The notes under the pieces were generated by a model, which worked only from the letters and a program-made list of their open reading frames with translations, ran no database searches and was not told the DNA's origin. A DNA stretch of 64,000 nucleotides, taken from contig MNCI01000900.1 in the NCBI GenBank assembly GCA_015680685.1, forward strand, positions 509,677 through 573,676. Reading direction: 5' to 3'. Made by a program: the position numbers and the translations under genes. Source of the stretch: Gnetum montanum. Taxonomy: Eukaryota; Plantae; Gnetophyta. Positions 52,881-64,000 of this stretch are shown here, one piece after another; within the stretch, counting starts at the first letter, position 1; each line of letters starts with the position of its first letter.

Positions 52881-54716
52881 AGGAAGAGGCAGGAGCCAGT
52901 TGCAGGAATCTTAAAGAACATGCGTTGTTGCATTCGGTACTGCATGAATTACACAACATGTGTGCACTTTTTTCTTAGGGGATGCAACAATGAAAATCCT
53001 GTCAAATCCCAAATGAAAGGAAAGACCATGCACATCTCTCTCTCTCTCTCTGCCTCAGCAGTCAGCACATGCACCAGTTTCCTTGCGTTAAAAGTGCTCA
53101 TTATTCTAATGGCTTGATATTTTAGTGTAATCAACTCCACTGTCGCTAGCAGCCAAGTATCCGAAGGATGCCTAGGGTTTTCTTTTCCCCTTCTCTTTTT
53201 CTAACTAATTATAAGTATCCGTGTAAGGAACAGAAGGAAACCAATTTTCAGCATGACTGGCATTTCAAATGCATCATACACCAATAATTTTAAGTGTGTG
53301 GGGCTGTACTTGAGAGCTACTGTGGGTTAAGATATAGCAATTTAAAACTCAAAAGCAGGAATACGCATGGGAGAATCTGTCAAGCCATGATATGGATGTG
53401 GGATTGGAAGGCTCTGCATCGTTCTTTTGTTTTTTGGAAGAAAGAAATAGCAGTACATCTAAGGACATGGCTTTGTCAGCAGCAGAGGCAACAAAGATGG
53501 ATCCTCGGCCTGACATTCTGCCATAATTATCCACCCATATGGCTGCCCTGCTCTGGTACTTACCACCTGTAAATAAACTACTTTTGCTTTCTTGGTTGCT
53601 TTCTTCCATAAGAAAAACATATGGTAGAACAGTCCCTGCTACAGGCTCAGTCCTCCTGCTTCCTTCTGTATACCAAGCCAGCCTTATGTGTTTCAGAGAC
53701 CGGTCTTACATGTTTCCAGACCCTAAAGCAAATTCTGAGAACATTGCATTCCAATAGTGATGGATAGATGGTGCCCTGACACACACAATGATATAATTTT
53801 TTGTTTTTTATTCACTTCATAAAAGTTTGGGGTTTACATTGGTTAAAGGACCACGACAATGAATAACCCTGATCTCTTTTCCCAACGAGCCGACTCAGAA
53901 AAGAAGTTACTAGATTGTAACTTTCGAATTACCATCATAATACATAACAAAATCAATTTTTTAAAATTTCTTTCATTGTTTTGGGATTTTGCATGGAAAT
54001 CACCAAATACAAGAGAATGAACAGTATTCAGAAACAGTCCAGAAGCCAAACCTCCAAAGTCCAAGAACATAGTGCTGCTGCTACCTGCAAATTCCGGAAG
54101 ATCTTATTCAGTCTTCCAGAAATCTTCAGGTTAGCTAGCAGGAATCTTAGAAGAACAAAAAAAAAAACAGGGAAAAACAGAAAAGAAAATCATATGATCA
54201 TCACTAGAAACTGAATCTCACCCTTGTCTTCATGCAAAATCTGCAAAAGACAAAACTCAGGCCAATACCTTCATCTCCTCTTTGGTATTTACAAAGGAAT
54301 AGTGAGTTGCTCCATTTTTGGAGATCAGAAGCACACACAAGGGTGGCAACTTAGGCAAGAAGAAAGTTAAACCTGGTTGTTATGATAACCACTGCTGTTT
54401 TGAAAGAAAGACTTGAGCAAAGTTGTTTTTTTTTTCTTTCTAAAGTGTTCTTTTCCTGTGAACTGAACAGAAGCTCCATTGTCTGAACTCTCAATTGTGT
54501 GGAAAGAAAAACCTAAGCCCTAAAGAAACAAAACACATCCAAACTCTGAAGCTAATCAGTTGAGTTCCAGGTGCCAGTCGATCAAGATGTCTGGAAAACA
54601 ATTTTCTTAGATGACCAGTAAAGTCTTTCCCGGCCGATTCATAATTTGAATCAGGTAGTGCCCATGCATGATCATCAAGCTAAGGTTGATAAACAAATAA
54701 AAGAAGGAATGAATTC

Positions 54717-55661
54717 TCAGACAAGAGATGATCCTGTTGATCCATAAGATGGAGCAACATCAGGCCATCCTGCTCCATTCCAGTAGTCAGCTGCCGCACT
54801 TCCATGGCCACTGTTCTCACCTTGGAAGAAATTTGTCTCGAGGGCACCACTTGACACTGGTGTAATCTGCTGCCACTGAGAAGTAGTAGCCATGATATGT
54901 CTGCAGTGATCCTCTATTTTCACCTTGGGCTTATGCTCCTGCTCCTCGAAGGAGCCACCACCCAGAGCCTGATTTGGAAGAAGTGGCAGAGAAATTTTGT
55001 GGGTTTGGCTGATGGATCCAGAATTGTTCCAAGGAATGCATGGTTCAGTCACAGAGCTTTCTATTCCTTCAAAAAAGTTCACACTACCGCCGCTACCTCC
55101 TGCCATGCCAAAAGGACACAAATCTTCAGTTGCAGGCCGGAATTCAAGGGCCGGAAGATGAGAATCCGTGCCAATATTGAGACCCAATCCAAAATCCGCT
55201 GCGTTGCTTTTAAGGCTCAGCTGTTGGATTCTGGCAAAGGCTGCATTTAAATCGCTGTTGACAGTGGGCAGTCCATACAGAAGGCTGCTGGCATGGCCTG
55301 GATTGAAGGGGTGGGGCATGAGATCTGAGGAAACACTGGAAGCAGAAATTGAGGTCGAATTTGAAGCAATAACAGATGCTGCAGCAGCAGCATCGATGTC
55401 CAAGCCAGTGAGACTTCTCTTGTTGCGCTTGTTCTTTCTGCAACCTCCCCCGACTGGAACATTTCTCAGAGCTCCTCCTCTAGTCCAGTATCTCCTGCAT
55501 GTCTTGCAAAAATGGCGCGGCTGTGACAGACTGTAATTGTTGTAGTAGCAGAACTTTGTGTTGGTTGAATTACATCTCGGACACTTCAATGTCTCTTGAT
55601 TGTTATTGTTGGTGCTGGAGTTGCTGTTTGTGCTGTTGCTGCTGTTTGTTTGCGAGCTTTG

Positions 55662-55697
<36 letters not shown>

Positions 55698-55817
55698 AGG
55701 CTGTGAAATGATCTTCCCTGGAGTTCTTTGCTCCAGCAGAGGCTGAGCGCAGGTAGACACTACATGATGATCTTGACGTTCCTGGGTCTTCAATCCTCGA
55801 TCCATTTGTATCAAATT
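54717..55817 (-). CDS. DOF: Dof zinc-finger transcription factor, exon 2 (complete Dof domain, polyQ tract, stop)
   Basis: [53 protein letters not shown]. Intact ORF, preceded by a T-rich tract and cag acceptor at 55820-55818. Confidence 0.97.
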
Positions 55818-56775
55818 CTGCCATCAACACAAACAAGAATGAAAAATGAGTGGTTTTTCAAATGAGTAACCCAAATTCAGATAATAACTTGCAGCATATA
55901 AAAGACTCCATTCCACCTGTTGGCGGGCTTGGAAAACAAGAATGATTACACTAACTGCTAAAGAACTTCTGCTATGGAATTCCAGGAGTAACAGTAGATT
56001 TCACTTTGCAGGTTTGCATATATATAACATTAGATCCCAGAAGCATGAAGCGCGTGAACGCAAGTTAGCTAGCTATATATCATTTGATTTAGAAAATTCT
56101 GGGGAAGGCACAGGTCGAAGTCCAGAAAATCCAAGGGCGCCAGTACTGTGCAACAATTTTTTCCAAGATTTGGGAATGTTTTGGGATGCATCATCAACAG
56201 TGTAAAGTATGGTTTTGGAATCTTGTTCATTATGATTGTGGAGCAGACCTGTGCCCACCCATCCCAACCCAAACAGCACAGGCAGTAGCCTCATCATCAT
56301 CATCATGATAGACAATGCCAGACAAAGGCTGCCCACTACTCAGCCGGCCACTGTTCTATAATCAAATGCTACACATAATCGAAGACACCTACAAATTCCA
56401 TAATCCAATCAACTCTTTTGCAGACAAGACCCTGCACCAACAGCTTGCAATTGCACGCAACCGGTTTTTGCCAAGTCAAACCGACCATTTGGTGAACATG
56501 CATGATTTAACCACCCCCAAAACCCACACACCCACACAGAGAGACGATTTAATTATGTTCTTGTATGCAGTCACATCTGATGACCATCTAAAACGCGTAA
56601 TTAACTTTCTTATGCTACTGGTTTACTTCAAGGAATGCTACCCCCAATCCAACAATTACAAGTCCCATAATTTCACAAAGAAGTTTTCATGTAAACAAGA
56701 AATTTATGTACAGATTTACATAGATTTGAATCGTTCTGCATACATATATAGGTATCAGGATGCATGATCTCATAC

Positions 56776-56826
56776 CTGCTGCCAGTCGGATGGATCCATG
56801 GAAACCTGAAGAGAGCTCAGAACCAT
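56776..56826 (-). CDS. DOF: Dof transcription factor, exon 1 (MVLSSLQVSMDPSDWQQ)
   Basis: 51-nt exon ending CAG|GTATGA, phase 0, in frame with exon 2 (383 aa total). Matches the short 'M..SS...MD...W.Q' first exon typical of intron-containing Dof genes. Confidence 0.9.
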
Positions 56827-57244
56827 GAGCAGCACTGAGCAGTGAAACTACTTCTACGACCCAACTCAGGCAGCACTTCTTATTTATTTGCCAAATCCAC
56901 GACCAAAAACTAGAACCCACCTTTATTAATACCCAGCTTTCCAGACAAACCCTCCCAATTCTCTGCACTGGTGATGGATTTCTGGAGACACAAGAGAAGA
57001 ATCAGATGAGAACAAGAGCAGCATACATGATGGAAGAGGAAGAGGATGCGAATAATGATGGCAGGATAATCGGCCCAGAAAAGAAAGGGAGAGAGAGAAG
57101 GAAGGTTAATTGGGCGAAGATGAGATGAGAGGATTCACACAACAACAACAGGAAGCAACAGCAGCAGAATGAATGAATGAATGAATTGAGGACTGAAATG
57201 AGATGAGATGATATGATAGCAAGTGGGGTATGGCTGGTTTAAGG

Positions 57245-57480
57245 GAGGGTATGTATAAGTAAGTGTAATTTGTGAAAGCCGTGGAGAATGTGCGGACAGT
57301 GAGTGCGACCGCCGCCTCTCTACGAAAAAGGTGACGACCGTCGGCGGCGGGACCCACCGCGCCGAGTTGTCGTCATCAGATGAGGGCTGGGCTGCGCGAT
57401 TCCCACTGCCACGTGGACTGGGCCCACCACCCTTTCCGGCCCCACCTTGGCCTGCTCTGACCACGAATATATCGGTCGGT
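57245..57480 (-). promoter_or_regulatory. GC-rich proximal promoter of the Dof gene
   Basis: TATA-like TTATACATA at ~57250-57258 (minus), GCC box at 57311, TCP-type GGNCCCAC at ~57350 and ~57420, G-box GCCACGTGG at 57408-57416. CT-rich 5' leader downstream. Confidence 0.6.
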
Positions 57481-58434
57481 GTAAAAGCAGCTTATGCATG
57501 GCTTATCTTTTTCTTGCTCGCTAAGCTTTTGAATGCATTCATTGCTTTTATTATTGATGGGATTATTTAGTGGCTGCTGGATTACATTGTTATGTTGATT
57601 TAGTGTTTTCTGCATGTGTCGTGGCTTTCCACCCACAACCCACCTCCATGGATTCCTTTACCTCCATGCTTGGTCTCTCTCTCTTTCTCTATGTGGAGCC
57701 ACCTCCTACTGCTACTAGGACTCCCTCTTTGGTGGCCAATGAGCCCACAACTCAACTCTTCTCCTCTGCGACCTCACCACTCTTTGCTTTGATGTGCTAT
57801 GGTGCACCCCACTAAGCCAAATCCCAAGACGACTCCACATGTACGATTGGATTGCAAATTTTCCAACCTTATCAGAGATGCTTTTTAATGATTTCTAGGT
57901 CACTTTCCTAGCTACCATCAACATGGCTGGTTTCAACCTGGGAAACTTCTTCACTAGTTTTCCTTTTTCTTTGTCATATGGTATCACGGAGCTATGTCAC
58001 TTTTGCAGACTAAAAAAAAAGTAAGTGAGCTGTTTAGATTCTAAGCCAAAATAATTTGTTTACGAAAGTCTTTTCACCTTATGAAAAATGGCTCTTTGTT
58101 ATCTTTTCATTTACAATTAAAGTTTCCCCTTTCTCTTGTATTTTTGTATCTCATGCAAGTTGACCTTGGACTCAAAAATTACAATTTCTTAATTTGAGTT
58201 TGGCTCTTGGCCTTTTCAATCCTTTAAAAAGTCAAGTTCAGCAAATATTTGAATCTTTGAAAATTTGTTTTTTTCATCACATGAAACTATTAAAATAGTA
58301 AAGATATTATACAAGGATTGATGTTTCTATATTTAATAGAAAATAATAATGACATGTCTCAAGAAACTTGGTGATATTCAACTTGTATTGAAAATTTATA
58401 TTTGGAAGAGAGGGACATTGTAAGAGTTGACAAA

Positions 58435-58673
58435 CTTAGAACTTTATATGTTAAACTTAGCATTGTCCATTGAAATTGAACCCATGACCTAGAGCTTCCA
58501 AATCAAATGTCTTACCACTAGGCTAATATATCATTATTTAGTCATCTACTTTTGGTTAACATTGAAGTATTAATATAGTGGTAAGTCTTATGATTTGAAA
58601 GTTCCAAGTCATGGATTCGAGTTTGGTAGGCAATGTTAAGTTATAAAGTTCTACTTGGAGTATATATCTTGGG
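58435..58673. mobile_element. Two divergently oriented partial SINE copies (minus ~58435-58535, plus ~58562-58673)
   Basis: Match the 48978/50200 SINE consensus, including A and B boxes (tagcctagtggtaagac; ggattcgagt). Confidence 0.7.
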
Positions 58674-60899
58674 CTCCCAAATATCTAGCTTTGCTTCAAA
58701 CAACATCCTTCTCCCCATATCCATCTAGTGCACAATGGTATCTCCCCTTGGAAATATTATAGGATTTCTTCGTTGATCATAATTTATTTATTTTAGCTTA
58801 TTATAATGCATTTGTTTTTCCATCTTCGTTTGGATCTAATTTTTCTAAAATTCCCCTATAATGAAATTTAAATTACTCCCAACTTCTTCAACTGATGCTA
58901 ACATTTTTGCTTCCTCTATCAATGCATAAATTTTTGTTGATTCTCAAAATGCATATTTACAAGTTAGTGAAAAAATTTCTGTTGATGCAACTAAGATACC
59001 TAATTTTATTCTTCTTAATGATGCATACGTGTCACTAGTTACTAATCTTATAGTATGATATGTTTATATTCAAATTATGGGTTACTTCCTTTAGAATCAA
59101 AATTTCACTTAGTAGTTAAATGATGTGATCCAAACATATGATATTCAAGTCTTTCATGCCATGTATTATTCTTGTTCTATGCTTGTTAAGTTAGGCAATG
59201 CTTCAATGGTGCAGAATGCCCTAAATATAACATCATTTATTCATAAGCACAAATTTGGATTCGTAATTCTCTAGGCTAAATTATCCAATTCCATTAATTA
59301 TTTCCCTTGGATCCTAACCTTTGTCTTTGAATGGGGCTTCCTTCCTCCTAATATCCATGTAGAGGAAATAGATTGTAATGGTCATCTAAGTTTTGATTAT
59401 AGTCTTGATTCTATAATAGGGATAGATAGTTATCATCCATAATGTAACATGGTAGGACTATAGGCCCCTAATATGTACATGGATATAGAATCAAGACTAT
59501 CATCAAAACCCCTTAGGATTATGTTTTTTAATTAAATATAATTATTTAGATTTATAATAATGAGTAAGCAAATATTTTTCATTAGTTGAATAAGGTTTAA
59601 GATGTTGGACTCTTAACCTAGAGGTCACTAGTTTGATTTCTAGTCCCAATGTTTTCAAAAATTAATTTTTAACTTTATTTTTCTTTATTTAATTAATTGG
59701 CAGGCTTATTAAGAAATGCAATATCTTCCAAACTATTCATTCGATCAAGATGAAATTAGTACCATTGGAATCACCTCAAAGAATAGTATACATTGGACTC
59801 AAGATATATCTACTTAACTAGACCTAGAAATCACAAAATAAAAAAAAAGACTCATGAGTTAAAGTAAAATTAATTAATTAATTAATTGTTAACTACACTA
59901 TTTTAGTTTGAAAACTATCCCATCTCATCCTAACTATCCAAGATTACTTCTCAATAATTCATTCTTTTAACTCTTAACTACTACAAATAGTTGTTGATTT
60001 TTTCTAGATATCCAAGTGAAATATAGATCCTTCCATGATTGATGTCAAAGAAACATTGGAGTAGGGAAGAGTCACAATGATTTATTACAAATAATTTTAA
60101 TAACATGGCTCCTTCTAAGCCATCCAACCAAGGTTCTCCAACTACTACAAGTAGCAGGAGGGATACTATTTTATTTTAAGTTCCTTTACATCAAAACCAC
60201 TTGTAAAGGCTATTGATCTTATTCATAGTTTGCTTGATGTTTAAGGGTTTGAGTTTTTTAAAAATTCTCAATTATCTAATTTTCTAGGTTTTCTTGTTTT
60301 TAAAACTAATTCATGAGAGGATTTGATAAATAAGTGATACAAATTATACTATTCCAAGGCCACTATTGGTTTCAAACTAGTTTTTAGAAGTGCTAAGATC
60401 ACACTTGAAACCATATGAATTATTTTAGATTTCTATCCTAAGGAAGATTCTTTCATGCTTGATCAAAAATATTTTGAGTTTGAATAGTTTCACAAAAAAT
60501 GGATTTATGTCTATGTAAATTCTTCCTTGGCTCTCTATGAGGGTTTTATAGAATTGGACTTTAACAATAAGATAGATTTTCAGCTTTGCTTATTTATAGA
60601 GGGCAAGGCTTTATGGTGATCCCATGGCTTCCAAGTTTCTTCTTTTTATGTTTTCTTACTTCATGGTGATAAGAATGATAAGGTTTTTGAATGCTAATAA
60701 ACCTTTCAACAACCATAACTTAGCTTATTGAAAGACTTTTGTCATCAAGGTTAAACTTTGTATTCTATCATAGTACTCAATCAAAGATCAAGGTATAGTT
60801 GATTTCATCTCTTCTTATGAAATAACCAATGTTGTTCATAGCTTAAACATTTGATGCTAGGACTTCCCATGCTATCCTTTATTTTAATTAAGCACACAC

Positions 60900-61590
60900 A
60901 TCCTTCAAATCTAGTGTAGCTTGTGTCCTTATCCTTTTTAATAATCAAGTTATCTACTGGGATTATGATCTTGATTTCCCTTACACTAACAACATAGCTG
61001 AATATGAGGCTCTAATATGAAGTCTCTTGTTAACATTACAAAATTAAGTTAAAACTATTACTATTTATGGTGACTCTCAGCTCATCATAAATCAACTTAA
61101 TTGTGACTATGATTGCAAGACTTCTCGCTTGGTTTCTTATGTACAAATGGCTAAGGAACTTATTTTTTCCTTCTCTGCTCATACTTTGAGTGACATCCCA
61201 TGTTCTAAAAACATGCTAGTCAATGAATTAGTAGCTTTCATCCTTCATGATGATCCTTTCACTATGTAAGATCAACTTAAGGAGTTAGTTTGCTTAAAAA
61301 CTATTATGAAATATTGTAATGGATTGGTAATCACTATCAATATGAAAGATGATAATAAAAAACATGGTAATCTTCTTCATAACCTCACAACTAGAGATAC
61401 TTCTAGTCATTACATGCATACTCAAAAGGATGCTTTGTGAAAATGTAGCCAACATTTTCAATTAGTGAATCCCAATAACCTTTGTCAAGTTTCTTCTATA
61501 GGTGTTATTCTACATTGTCTTAGTCCTACAGAGTCTAAGATAGTCCTTGATTAGATTCACTCATGATTTTGTGGTAGATACTTAGGTTCA
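60900..61590 (+). pseudogene. pol: Decayed Tat-type pol fragment (aRH plus start of integrase zinc finger)
   Basis: LDFPYTNNIAEYEALI...IYGDSQLIINQL...CK and ILHCLSPTESKIVLD.IH..FCG. Confidence 0.75.
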
Positions 61591-61699
61591 TACTTCCTAG
61601 TGTTGGTGACCATTTGGGTAGTGACCACCAACATTGGAAGCCTCATGGTCTCGTGTCTTGGGAGCCATAGGATCAAAGGTGTTCTTCAAAAGGGTTTAG

Positions 61700-63450
61700 C
61701 TGCTTACTGGTCTCTAGCAATACCAAGGCTTAGATACCTCCAAATAAACTCAGTATCCATGAAATAAACTAATTATGAGTATGTGTTTGCTATTGCAAAT
61801 GTTATAACGGTTGGGTTACGTATGAAATTGTAATTGTCTATCATAAAAGAGATTTAGCTAACTTTGTCTAATACTATGAGTTGTGGAGATTTCTATTTTG
61901 TCAAGTCACCAAATCTACATAGTCCTTATATTAGCTACTTGTAACAAATAAAATTTTACAAAAACATTTAAGCACAATTCTACCAATCTACTCCTAAGTT
62001 TCCCTAGAGAGAAAGTTCCACAAGAAAACTAGAAATAGAGTAAGATTCAATGGACTTAGAAAAAGAAAGAAAAGAAAGAAGATTCATGTGAAACCTCAAA
62101 TATTTAATCAAGATAAATTGATATGAGTAAACACTTTGCAATAAAGCTATTTCTAATTCAACAACTATGAATTGTTCAAACTTTCTAAGTTTAATAAGCA
62201 ATTTCCTAAAGACAATCTTATTATGCTACCAACAATCATTGCATAAAGTACAAAGTACAAGTCCCTATTTTGGCTAATTAATAGTTGTCAAAGATTACAT
62301 TCAACAAATATTTCAAAAAATTTAACAATTTCTTAATTAAAATACCAAGGCAATACACATTAAAGATAAAGAAGTTATTTTGGTCCCATCAAAATATCAA
62401 AGATTTTCCTAGATCCTTTATGCTAAAAATAGGAAATTTCATTGAGACATTACTATTAAATTGCTCTTGAAGCTTTCAACAACATGAGATATTTTATGGA
62501 AAATATTAATAGGAGTATAATATTGTGTAAAAATAGAGCTATAAAAGCAACCTATAACAATTCTCAAAATTAAATGCCAATCACAATACTATCTAAACTA
62601 TTAGCTAAGCAACTAAAACAAAAGGGGAAGAAAAGAATTCATACATTTATAGCAATGTAGCTAAATTGATGTCTTTAGTAAGTCATCTTACAAAAAAATT
62701 TCAAATGTCTTTTCCCAAATCCCCCTCTTCAATTTTACTATTAAAACCTTTTTATAGTGGCTTTGGGTAGTTACAATAATTATGAGAGGTTAAGGATGAA
62801 TAAAAAATAAGGAGTTACAAATTCCATGAGAAGTTAAGAGATTTTTATGCCACATCTAGCAAGTGTCTCCTTAGTAATGGAAAAAATCAAAATTAGCTAC
62901 AAGTATCTTGGAGTGTTGGTTGTCACTAACACGAATTTACAATTTCCATGGGAAGTTCCAGTTGTCATAGAAAATAAACTAATATATATGAAACATTATA
63001 AATCTTCAATTTTTCTTAAATCATAATAAGGATATCTTTTAAAAGAATTACTCTAATGTTAAATTAATTTTCTTTATAATACACCAAAACATCCCAATTC
63101 ATGATGAGATTAATCAGGTTTGTCTTGGCAGCTCATCCACTCAATGACCAATCCTTGTGGCAATAAGGCTAAATTTCAAGCCTGGTGAAACATTTTTTTT
63201 AATAAAATTATGTGAGGTCCCATAGTTTCAAAGGTGTAAACATCATTACAACAACTGGTAGCTTCTTCATGCAAATAATGGATGTGGCATTTATATAGAT
63301 TTGAGGTGGTGTTTAGCTTCTTGTGTGATCAATTTTCCCAAATTCACTACAACATGCTCAAGCTTGTACTTCCCATAGAAATTCAAAGAGATCCCCAATG
63401 GCACACCTAAAATGGCAACTACCAAGTGGAAACAACAAAGCACCAATGCA
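61700..63450 (-). mobile_element. Highly decayed LINE ORF2 relic
   Basis: Weak motifs on minus: ANFDFF (~62890), YTPINI..KI (~62510), W..HNKIVF (~62220). Confidence 0.3.
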
Positions 63451-64000
63451 AGAAACATCTAGAAGAACAATGATGAGTGATAGAGAAAAGTGTAGGCCAT
63501 AGAAGCATTCTTTAACTAAACCCTAATTCTTGCCTCTACAAATTGATCAGATTTGAGTACTAATGCAATTTTCATATATGTAGGAATTGGCCATGAGGTC
63601 CCAATCCTAAGAAGGCTTAGGTTTAAATGTGTGATTGGGATCATTGTCGCTAGTTTGACCGATGCTGATATAGAGTAAAGAATCAACGGTATCCACCATT
63701 ATTGGAGATTACAATGCAAAATCCATTTTTAATTTCCATTGCTCGTGCATATGAATTAATCATGGAATATATGCACGAACAAAGGCATATATTCTGCACT
63801 TGGTAATCCCAGTGGTAGTCCGATGTGTACGGCTAGTTGAGGAATCGGTTGCTCATTGCTAGGCTAGAACGTGTGATAAGTACGACTTAGTTACGAGCAC
63901 CCACGGGTGTGTACGGCTAGCTAAGGAATCGGCTGCTTATCACACTTAAGCTAAATAGGTGCCTCAGTACGACCACTTCGAGCACTTGCGTTACGTGTGG

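Noticed and set aside
55160-55182. miR171 target site in the Dof CDS (ATATTGGCACGG)
   Set aside because: Only 12 contiguous matches, with several mismatches opposite the miRNA 5' end.
51800-57815. Many short ORFs overlapping or flanking Dof (e.g. 54897-55250, 55168-55536, 56315-56767, 52679-52978)
   Set aside because: No recognisable domains. Explained by GC content, microsatellites and antisense shadow of the real CDS.
50690-59250. Dof gene carried by a Pack/LTR-like element bounded by the two direct repeats
   Set aside because: No TG..CA termini, TIRs, PBS/PPT or TSD visible. The repeats look like independent decayed fragments.
60050-60560. LINE RT fragment on plus strand
   Set aside because: Only faint motif resemblance, too degraded to support.

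Overview
Land-plant nuclear DNA (possibly a non-seed plant; inferred only). About 80% is old, heavily C>T-decayed retrotransposon sequence, and there is one intact host gene: a two-exon Dof zinc-finger transcription factor on the minus strand (56826-56776 + 55817-54717). Bases 1-37618 are dominated by two diverged, head-to-head copies of a Ty3/Gypsy Tat-lineage element (aRH between RH and INT, tRNA-Asn PBS). Copy A is on minus (~1-17985, truncated). Copy B is on plus (18559-37618, two LTRs, ATCCC TSD). Both share an unusual design. Gag-PR and RT-RH-aRH-INT are separate ORFs about 6 kb apart, and the gap holds an antisense, TATA-driven, multi-exon gene with splice sites conserved between copies. 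Both also carry arrays of palindromes and arrays of a shared CTATGACnTTAAACTRGC-type repeat. A young 3.1 kb solo LTR (GCTAC TSD) sits inside copy A. Bases 37990-42643 are a tandem array of an Athila-type miniature LTR element (4 LTRs, 3 internal segments). The remainder holds a 5'-truncated L1 with a perfect 19-bp TSD, a tRNA-derived SINE family without poly(A) tails, and decayed hAT, LINE and Gypsy relics. All alignments were done by eye.
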